A stretch of 37,044 nt of DNA, from NCBI GenBank assembly GCA_040378625.1, contig JBEIMO010000001.1:1-37044 (forward strand), read 5' to 3'. Source of the DNA: Verrucomicrobiia bacterium. GTDB taxonomy: Bacteria > Verrucomicrobiota > Verrucomicrobiia > Chthoniobacterales > Terrimicrobiaceae. Shown piece by piece: positions 29,994-37,044 of the stretch. Position numbers and translations under genes: made by a program. How positions within the stretch are numbered: the stretch's first letter is position 1; every line of letters begins with the position of its first letter. The notes under the pieces are model-generated. The model was given only the letters and a program-made list of their open reading frames with translations. It did not search any database and was not told the DNA's origin.

Positions 29994-31247
29994 ATGGTGT
30001 GTCATCGTCGGCCGGTAATGTCTTCTGCCTCTGAACCCAATACTGAACCATCAACTTTCAAGCCTGCTGCTGCTCGAGCGGTGGATTTGGAGGTGAAAGA
30101 TGCGAATCTGATTTTTAATGCAGCTTGGCAGGAGTTGGAGCAGGAAGTGGGCATCGAGGGGCTACGTTTTCCCAATGAAGTGATTTGGCTGAATGGTGCA
30201 CCAGGTGCAGGAAAAGGAACGCAGACACGTTTTATTCAGAATTACCGCAGCCTCACCGCAAATCCAATTGTGGTTAGCGATCTCCTCCAAAGTCCTGCAG
30301 CGCGCAAATTGATCGATGCCGGCCTTATGGTGGGGGATCGGGAAGTAACGGGATTGCTTTTGCGGGCTTTGCTGAATCCGGAAAACGAAACCGGCGTTGT
30401 TGTGGATGGGTATCCTCGAACCAAAGTCCAGGTGATCTGCCTCCGGCTTTTACATCAAAAATTGAACGCGCTGCGCAATCAATACATCGGCACTCCGCTG
30501 GCCGCCCAGTTTCGCAAGCCGATGTTTCATATTGTCGTGCTTTTTGTGGATGAGGCGGAGTCCGTGCGTCGCCAGATTTTGCGTGGCGAGCGGGCAAGGG
30601 CTCACAATTTGGCTGTTGAAGCCTCCGGAGTTGGGGAGCTTGTGGAGACGCGGGCTACGGATTTGTCGGAGGAATCCGCGCGCAATCGCTATCGCACATT
30701 CAAAGAGGTGACGTATGAGTCGCTGAAATCTCTTCGGGAGGTCTTTTATTATCACTACATCAACGCCCATGGGACGATTGATGATGTGCAACGCCGCATT
30801 CAGGATGAATTGCGCTATCAGAGCTCGCTGGAGCTTGATCAGTCCACATTTGACCGCATCTCGCGGATACCTGTGGCTCGAGACCTGAGAATTCATGCCC
30901 GTCAGGAACTGGTGAAGCGCTTGGATTCCTATAATGCAGAGCACCCGGATCTTTTTGAGCAGGCCGCTACGCTGATTGGGGAAAAATTCATGCCCATCAT
31001 TCGCCGCCACACGATGTCCGGCCGCGCGCATATCAATTCCGAAAACACGCTTCTTTCTGATCCGTTGGTCTTGGCCATGATTATTGATATATTTGCGGAT
31101 CGTGGTTACGACACCGTTATAGATATTCGTCGTTATGATGTCCCTTGCCGGGTGAATCCTGAAACGTGGGAGATCGAGTCGCGGGAGAAAATCGTTTGGC
31201 GATTCATCGTCAATTTCCCCGGATCTCGCATCCGCCGTGGACAATAG
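29994..31247 (+). CDS. Adenylate kinase-like (NMP kinase) protein with a long unassigned C-terminal extension
   Basis: P-loop 'LNGAPGAGKGTQ', 'VVDGYPRT..Q', and Arg-rich LID-like 'RRQILRGERAR'. The last ~180 aa carry no motif I recognise. The start is ambiguous (TTG 29928, ATG 29994 or ATG 30018). Confidence 0.65.
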   Translation: MVCHRRPVMSSASEPNTEPSTFKPAAARAVDLEVKDANLIFNAAWQELEQEVGIEGLRFPNEVIWLNGAPGAGKGTQTRFIQNYRSLTANPIVVSDLLQSPAARKLIDAGLMVGDREVTGLLLRALLNPENETGVVVDGYPRTKVQVICLRLLHQKLNALRNQYIGTPLAAQFRKPMFHIVVLFVDEAESVRRQILRGERARAHNLAVEASGVGELVETRATDLSEESARNRYRTFKEVTYESLKSLREVFYYHYINAHGTIDDVQRRIQDELRYQSSLELDQSTFDRISRIPVARDLRIHARQELVKRLDSYNAEHPDLFEQAATLIGEKFMPIIRRHTMSGRAHINSENTLLSDPLVLAMIIDIFADRGYDTVIDIRRYDVPCRVNPETWEIESREKIVWRFIVNFPGSRIRRGQ

Positions 31248-31265
31248 AATCGGCTGCGGTGCGGC

Positions 31266-33275
31266 TTAGAATGGCTCATCCACGGGACGTGCTGCCGTGG
31301 TAATATCCCATGTCTCGAACAGTGATTCCGGAATTTCCGTGAGGAAGCGCGAAGGTGATTGGAAGGTCTCGCCATAACCCGCGCCGAGTCGCATTTCCGG
31401 ATAGCTTAGATACAGCTCATCCATGCAGCGCGTGATTCCGACATAGAAAAGGCGACGTTCTTCTTCGATTCCTGAAGGTTCCTCGAGGCTGCGACTGCTT
31501 GGAAACATGCCGTCCGCCAGCCAGATCAAAAAGACCACGCGCCATTCCAGTCCCTTCGCTTGATGGAGTGTCGAAAGGGTGATCTTTTCCTGCTCGCCAG
31601 CTCCTGCAAAGGCTTCGCTGGTTTCGAGTCCGCTCAGTAGAGCAAGTTGAGAAAGGAAGTCGTCCGCCGTTTCAAATTGCTGGGCAAAACTTCCGAGTGT
31701 CTCGAGGTCCTGTCGCCGGGCTTCATAGTTGGCGAAGTTTTCCTTCATGTAGTCCTCGTAAACCGCGAAGAGAACGCAGCCTACCATTTCGGAGGGTTTG
31801 AGTGGGCCGGTTTCGGGAACAAGGTCGCAGAGCGTGTGAACAAATTGATCCCATCCTTTTTGGGATTTAGCGGGAACCTGAAGTCCGCGAAGCGCAGCGA
31901 ACTGAGTTTTCCCGTCAAGCGCAGCTGCAGTCCTCTGCCAGAGTGTTTCTGCGGTTTTTGCACCGATCCCGGGAAGTTGGCGAGCCATGCGCTTGAAAGC
32001 GGTTTCATCGCGCGGGTTGACGGTGAATTTTAAAAATGCGGCGACGTCCTTGATGTGGGCCTGCTCGAAAAAGCGGAGCCCACTGGTGATGGAAAACGGA
32101 ATTCCTCGTTTCGTGAATTCGAGTTGAACCTCCATCGAATGATAGTGGGCGCGGTAGAGGATGGCCATTTGCTCGAGAGGAATTCCTTCGTCGAGAAGTT
32201 CCATCACGCGCTGCGCCACGAAAGCCGCCTGTTGCGTGTTGGTGGGGAGCGCGACAAGCGCGGGCTTGACCGTATGAGGTTTGCGCACGGGCGACAGATT
32301 TTTAGGGAACTGCCTTTCGTTCCCTTGAATCGAGGCGTTGGCGAGATTCAGAACCTCGGGAACGCTGCGGTAATTTGTTTCAATTTTAAAAACCTTCGCG
32401 CCGGGGTGCGTTTCGGGAAAACGGAGAATGTTTTCAAAATTCGCGCCGCGCCATGAGTAGATGCTCTGGGCATCATCACCCACGACCATCACGTTCCCAT
32501 GACGCTGGGCGAGGCAGTCGATGAGTTCCGATTGGAGTCGGTTGGTGTCCTGATACTCATCCACGAGGATGTGCTGAAATTGATTTTGATAAATCGCCGC
32601 AACATCCGGACATATGAGAAAAAGTTCGAGCACCTTGGACAGGAGGTCATCGAAATCCATCGAATTGGCCTCTTTTTTGCGTGCCTCGTAATAGCCCTGA
32701 ACGCGTTCGATGTCTTGGGCGAGCGGGATAAAATAAGGGTATTTCTGAGAAAGAATCTGAGAGATCGGTGATCCGGTATTGATCGCGTAGCTGAAAATAT
32801 CGGCCAGGACGCTGGCTTTGGGAAACCGGCGGTTAGTTGACACGATATTGTCGCGGGCCAGCACAGAAGCGATCATTTGCTCGGCATCCTCTCGATCCAT
32901 AATCGAGAACCCTTCGCGAAACCCTATGCTTGCTGGGTGGCGGCGCAGGATGCGGTTTCCTATCGAATGAAATGTTCCATTCCAAAGCCCATCTGCAGCT
33001 CCAGGCAGAAGGGCATGCACGCGCTCGATCATTTCGCGCGCCGCTTTGTTCGTGAATGTCAGGAGCAGAATCGAACGCGGTGGGATGCCTTGTTCCAAAA
33101 GCCAAGCAACCCGGTAAGTGAGTGTTCGGGTTTTTCCACTGCCCGCGCCAGCAATGACCAGCGAGGCGCCAGGTGGAGCCGTGACCGCCGCCAGTTGCTG
33201 TTCATTGAGTTCGGCTGCGAAATCAATTCCGCCGCTTGTTGGCGTTGGCGAATGAAGCGTGTAGGAGCGGCCCAC
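31266..33275 (-). CDS. UvrD/PcrA/Rep-family ATP-dependent DNA helicase
   Basis: SF1 motifs 'AGAGSGKTRTLTYR', 'VDEYQDTN', 'VGDDAQSIYSWRGA', 'NYRS', 'TLHQAKGLEW', 'LFYVGITR'. Confidence 0.9.
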   Translation of the reverse strand: MGRSYTLHSPTPTSGGIDFAAELNEQQLAAVTAPPGASLVIAGAGSGKTRTLTYRVAWLLEQGIPPRSILLLTFTNKAAREMIERVHALLPGAADGLWNGTFHSIGNRILRRHPASIGFREGFSIMDREDAEQMIASVLARDNIVSTNRRFPKASVLADIFSYAINTGSPISQILSQKYPYFIPLAQDIERVQGYYEARKKEANSMDFDDLLSKVLELFLICPDVAAIYQNQFQHILVDEYQDTNRLQSELIDCLAQRHGNVMVVGDDAQSIYSWRGANFENILRFPETHPGAKVFKIETNYRSVPEVLNLANASIQGNERQFPKNLSPVRKPHTVKPALVALPTNTQQAAFVAQRVMELLDEGIPLEQMAILYRAHYHSMEVQLEFTKRGIPFSITSGLRFFEQAHIKDVAAFLKFTVNPRDETAFKRMARQLPGIGAKTAETLWQRTAAALDGKTQFAALRGLQVPAKSQKGWDQFVHTLCDLVPETGPLKPSEMVGCVLFAVYEDYMKENFANYEARRQDLETLGSFAQQFETADDFLSQLALLSGLETSEAFAGAGEQEKITLSTLHQAKGLEWRVVFLIWLADGMFPSSRSLEEPSGIEEERRLFYVGITRCMDELYLSYPEMRLGAGYGETFQSPSRFLTEIPESLFETWDITTAARPVDEPF

Positions 33276-33284
33276 TTTAAAAAA

Positions 33285-34133
33285 TTACTCGGATGCGCCC
33301 GGAAGGCGCAGGGCGCGCATCTGGGAAGGCGTGAGGTCGAGGCCGTAGGCCAGAAGGGCGGCAGATTCCTCCGCGCAACGGGCCTTGGTGGCTCCGAGGA
33401 CTACGGAAATCACATCTTTGCCCTTGTAGGAACCGCTCGAAATCAGGCAATGGCCTGCAAGTTCCGTGTAGCCAGTTTTCATGCCATTGCAGAATGAATA
33501 GGTTCTCAACACGCGATTGGTATTCCGCAGCGGAACAACCTTTCCTGAGGAAAAGCGGAAATCGTAAGAGCGAGTTTTCATAATCTCGCGAAGTGTATCG
33601 TTTTTGTAGGCGGCGCGGGCAACACGGGCCATGTCGCGGGCGGTTGAGTATTGGTCCTGAGCGGGAAGACCATTGGGATTTACAAAATTCGAAGATGTTC
33701 CACCCAGTTCGCGCATTTTCTGAGTCATGCGCTCAGCGAATCTGTTTACGCTTCCGGCATTGTCCCTCGCCAACACGCGTGCCACGTCGTTCGCACTTTT
33801 TACCAGCAGCGCGGTGAGGAGTTGACTGCGGGAATAGGATTGTCCGGGTTTCAGATAGAGTTTGGTTGGTTCGCAATCCCCATCGCCCTGCGAGATATCC
33901 ACATTTTTAGAAAGGCTGCCGGTTTCCGCGACGATGAGTGCGGTGAGGAGTTTTTGGGTGCTGGCCACGGGACGGCGTTCCTCTTCATTTTTTTTGTAAA
34001 GAACCCGCCCGGTATTGGCATCAAGCAGCAAGGCGGATTTTGCCGTAATGGCTGGAGGTTGCTGGGCATGAAGTGGAGTAACCGCGAAGATCAATGGAAG
34101 AAGAGCGAGAATGTGAGTCAGTCGGAATGTCAT
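33285..34133 (-). CDS. D-alanyl-D-alanine carboxypeptidase (PBP5/6-type serine peptidase S11)
   Basis: Signal peptide; SxxK 'ASTQKLLT', SxN 'SAND', KTG 'KTGYT'. Confidence 0.85.
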   Translation of the reverse strand: MTFRLTHILALLPLIFAVTPLHAQQPPAITAKSALLLDANTGRVLYKKNEEERRPVASTQKLLTALIVAETGSLSKNVDISQGDGDCEPTKLYLKPGQSYSRSQLLTALLVKSANDVARVLARDNAGSVNRFAERMTQKMRELGGTSSNFVNPNGLPAQDQYSTARDMARVARAAYKNDTLREIMKTRSYDFRFSSGKVVPLRNTNRVLRTYSFCNGMKTGYTELAGHCLISSGSYKGKDVISVVLGATKARCAEESAALLAYGLDLTPSQMRALRLPGASE

Positions 34134-34144
34134 GCGAAGGCAAG

Positions 34145-34819
34145 TTAAGGTTTCTTTGAAGAAGAGCTAAATATTTTTTCTATGGCCTCATCTTTTTCAA
34201 TACCCAGATCACGGGCTTTGAAATAATGGCGCCGCGCCAGTTCAATCGATGGAGGTTTCTCCTCGAGGTAAAAAACGGCGAGGTTGTAGTGGGCGTCGCC
34301 GTAGGAGGGATTCAGCTCCACAGAGCGCCGTAATTGTTCCTGAGCCCCATCAATCCAGCCTCGGCGGCCGATGACAACACCGAGGAAATTTCGTGTGCGT
34401 GGATTTTGGGGATCGTAGAGCGCAGCCTGGCTCAGCGCGGCCAACGCATGATCAAAGCGATTGTCATCCATGTAAATCATCCCCAGCGTCAACCACGCAG
34501 GAGCAGTTTCCATACGCAAGCGAACGGCCTTTTTGAGCAGTTCTTCCGCTTTTTTCTTATCGCCCGAATAAAATTCCACCATCCCGAGATTTACGAGTCC
34601 GAGAATGTTGTTGGGGTCAAGTGACAGAACGCGCTCGTAGGCTTTTCGGGCGACTGGGTAGTCTTTTTTTTCGAAGGCGGAATTTCCTTCAGCGATCGCC
34701 TCCGAAAGCGTGGCAGGGACAAAATCTTTTTTTTTCGTCGGGGCGGCCACAATCATGCAAGCGCTGAGAAAATACAGTATCAGCGCGGCGGGCAGCGCTC
34801 GGCGGCATTCGATCATCAT
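34145..34819 (-). CDS. TPR-repeat protein with an N-terminal signal/lipoprotein-like sequence
   Basis: Hydrophobic N-terminus 'LILYFLSACMIVAAP', then 4-5 TPR-like repeats ('AYERVLSLDPNN', 'ALYDPQNP', 'SVELNPSYGDAHYNLAVFY'). There is an ATGA overlap with the proC stop. Confidence 0.7.
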   Translation of the reverse strand: MMIECRRALPAALILYFLSACMIVAAPTKKKDFVPATLSEAIAEGNSAFEKKDYPVARKAYERVLSLDPNNILGLVNLGMVEFYSGDKKKAEELLKKAVRLRMETAPAWLTLGMIYMDDNRFDHALAALSQAALYDPQNPRTRNFLGVVIGRRGWIDGAQEQLRRSVELNPSYGDAHYNLAVFYLEEKPPSIELARRHYFKARDLGIEKDEAIEKIFSSSSKKP

Positions 34820-35613
34820 TCGGCGGAAAGTTCTTTCGAGCGGGATTCCGCTGCACGCACAGCCTCAATGAATGCGGCGCGCACGCCACGGTTTTCGAGT
34901 TCCTTGAGTGCGGCAGCTGTTGTTCCAGCGGGGCTGGTGACCATTTCACGGAGGATCGCCGGGTGTTCGCCTGTTTCTCGCGCGAGTTGTGCGGCGCCAA
35001 GAACCGTTTGGATTGCGAGATCCTGCGCGAGCTTGCGAGGAAGTCCGCAAGCCACTCCGCCATCCGAGAGGGCTTCCATGACGAGGAAAATATAGGCCGG
35101 GCCGCTGCCACTCAATCCGGTAACCGCATCGAGTTTCTTTTCCTCCACGGGGAAGCTCGCGCCAATGCTGGAAAACACGGTTTCGGCAGCGGAACGATCC
35201 GCAGGCGTTGATTGGGGATCACACGCAAACGCAGTCGCTGATTGACCGACGATCGCGGCGGTATTTGGCATGGCTCGAATAACCCGCGCGCCGGAAGCCA
35301 TTTTTTGCAGCGATTTGATTGTCAATCCGGCGGCAATCGAAAGGAGAAGTTTGCCCTTGAGATTGCCGTTTGTTTGCTCCAGTGCGGAGGCGGCATCCTG
35401 CGGTTTCACGCATAAAATAATAACCGGCGCATTCTGGGTGGCCTCCGCATTCGAGGTGACAATTTTCACTCCGGTGGCCTCGTGCAGGCTTTGGAGAAGT
35501 CCGGGTTCCGGGCAGGCAACGATGATTTCCGAGGCCTCGCAGACTTTGGCGCGGAGCATGCCTTGAATGATTGCCGAAGCCATTTTGCCGGCACCGAGAA
35601 ATGCGTATTTCAT
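34816..35613 (-). CDS. proC: Pyrroline-5-carboxylate reductase
   Basis: Rossmann 'FLGAGKMASAI', 'RAMPNTAA', 'GSGPAY', 'VTSPAGTT'. Confidence 0.9.
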   Translation of the reverse strand: MKYAFLGAGKMASAIIQGMLRAKVCEASEIIVACPEPGLLQSLHEATGVKIVTSNAEATQNAPVIILCVKPQDAASALEQTNGNLKGKLLLSIAAGLTIKSLQKMASGARVIRAMPNTAAIVGQSATAFACDPQSTPADRSAAETVFSSIGASFPVEEKKLDAVTGLSGSGPAYIFLVMEALSDGGVACGLPRKLAQDLAIQTVLGAAQLARETGEHPAILREMVTSPAGTTAAALKELENRGVRAAFIEAVRAAESRSKELSAE

Positions 35614-35667
35614 TGGCTGGAGGTTAGATTTTTCGAGGGTTTTTGCAAATGTTCAGTTGGCGAAAAA

Positions 35668-36156
35668 TCATCCGATCACCGTGATGAGCCATTCCTGAAG
35701 CGTGGCATAGACGTTCATCTGAATCAGCGCCAATTCCCGGGGGTCATCGGGGTTGTCTACCTTGGCGCTCATTTCCTTTTCTGTGAACTGATGCAATTCG
35801 CAGAGGGCCAGGCGGGCCTGATTGAGAGCGGACAGCCATTGATCGATGTGCTGTGCGGGAATCCCAAACGAACAGCTGCCGTCCTCCTTGATCGTGGCAC
35901 GCCGCAGGTCTGCGGCGACTGTGTCGCGAGCGGATTGAAATCCCGATTGCAATTCCGGTTGCACATAGGCCTTCCAGTCTTGATTCAAGTCATCGCATTC
36001 CATGCCGTCCGAGGGATCAGGAAAAAAGCGGGCCTCCACATCAGGGTCTCCGCACTCGGCGATTCCCTTGATCTGTTTGAGCATTTCAAAAAGCGGCTCA
36101 CCAATGCCGTTGAAGCTCACCGTTCCATTCTCGAGAATTTGAACGCTGACCATCAC
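35668..36156 (-). CDS. Hypothetical acidic protein translationally coupled to clpS
   Basis: 162-aa ORF whose ATG overlaps the clpS stop (ATGA at 36153-36156). I see no recognisable catalytic motif. Its position matches the DUF2017-type ORFs that follow clpS in some phyla, but I cannot verify homology by eye. Confidence 0.5.
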   Translation of the reverse strand: MMVSVQILENGTVSFNGIGEPLFEMLKQIKGIAECGDPDVEARFFPDPSDGMECDDLNQDWKAYVQPELQSGFQSARDTVAADLRRATIKEDGSCSFGIPAQHIDQWLSALNQARLALCELHQFTEKEMSAKVDNPDDPRELALIQMNVYATLQEWLITVIG

Positions 36157-36443
36157 GGTTGTGGGGCCTTTTCAAGGGTGGAGAGGAGGAGGTGTGTGTG
36201 AAGTTGCTGCACGTAAAGTTCGGCCTGCTCGCGTTCCCCGGTCCACACGATGGATCGTCCGTTTTTATGCACTTCCATCATGTGCTTTTCCGCCCGCGTG
36301 CGGTCATATCCGAATACGCGTCGGAAGATAAGCGTCACATAGCTCATCAAATTCACAGGATCATTGTGCACGACGACATTCCAAACCGAGTCGAGATCGG
36401 CTTGATCCTTGGTTTTGATGTCGGGAGTTTCAATGACAGCCAT
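36153..36443 (-). CDS. clpS: ATP-dependent Clp protease adaptor ClpS
   Basis: 'WNVVVHNDPVNLMSYVTLIFRRVFGYDRTRAEKHMMEVHKNGRSIVWTGEREQAELYVQQL' is canonical ClpS. Confidence 0.9.
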   Translation of the reverse strand: MAVIETPDIKTKDQADLDSVWNVVVHNDPVNLMSYVTLIFRRVFGYDRTRAEKHMMEVHKNGRSIVWTGEREQAELYVQQLHTHLLLSTLEKAPQP

Positions 36444-36551
36444 CGTAAAAAATCAGGCGCGGGAGCCAATCAAACGGCTCTTAGCATCTCAAGAGTAATT
36501 CACATTTCGCGAAAATTGCAAAACTTGCCTCCAGTGGCCTTCGCCGTGTAG

Positions 36552-37044
<493 letters not shown>

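Noticed and set aside
29928-33275. The adenylate-kinase-like protein plus UvrD-family helicase considered as a two-gene defence system
   Set aside because: The genes are convergent, so they are not an operon. The helicase has the full housekeeping UvrD/PcrA motif set and normal size, and no nuclease, TIR, Sir2 or other effector-type domain is present. The idea rested on adjacency to the TA insert alone.

Overview
This is a 37 kb chromosomal window that is gene-dense and mostly housekeeping. I support about 40 protein genes, one tRNA-Ser(GGA) and two candidate terminator hairpins. I saw no CRISPR array, rRNA, transposase or integrase. Spot counts suggest roughly 50-55% GC. The gene content, including a DksA-like protein with a histone-H1/Hc-like lysine-rich tail, weakly suggests a PVC/Verrucomicrobiota-type genome; this is low-confidence inference. 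Core genes recognised by motif are folD, uppS, purA, prfB (with the classical +1 frameshift), cls, a delta-9-type desaturase, a phosphohexomutase, glgX, rpmG (57 aa, absent from the ORF track), rpsR, pal, tgt, nadE, a UvrD-family helicase, a PBP5-type carboxypeptidase, proC, clpS and leuB (3' partial). I found no complete, obviously novel multi-gene system. The points most worth follow-up are: (1) Tgt is fused to an MnmC-type (DUF752-like) methyltransferase domain. (2) A roughly 1.05 kb brnT/brnA toxin-antitoxin insert is bounded by 147-bp imperfect direct repeats that duplicate the 3' end of nadE. (3) TrhO (rhodanese-type U34 hydroxylase) is fused to an RluA-family pseudouridine synthase. (4) A serine-palmitoyltransferase-like alpha-oxoamine synthase overlaps a large GNAT-like acyltransferase gene. 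(5) An AT-rich islet next to tRNA-Ser carries a mini-kinase-like ORF that lacks a canonical start. (6) The DksA-like protein combines an AKP-repeat tail with a half-degenerate zinc finger. (7) A 410-440 aa adenylate-kinase-like protein carries an unassigned C-terminal half. All family calls come from reading the translations by eye; no database search was possible.
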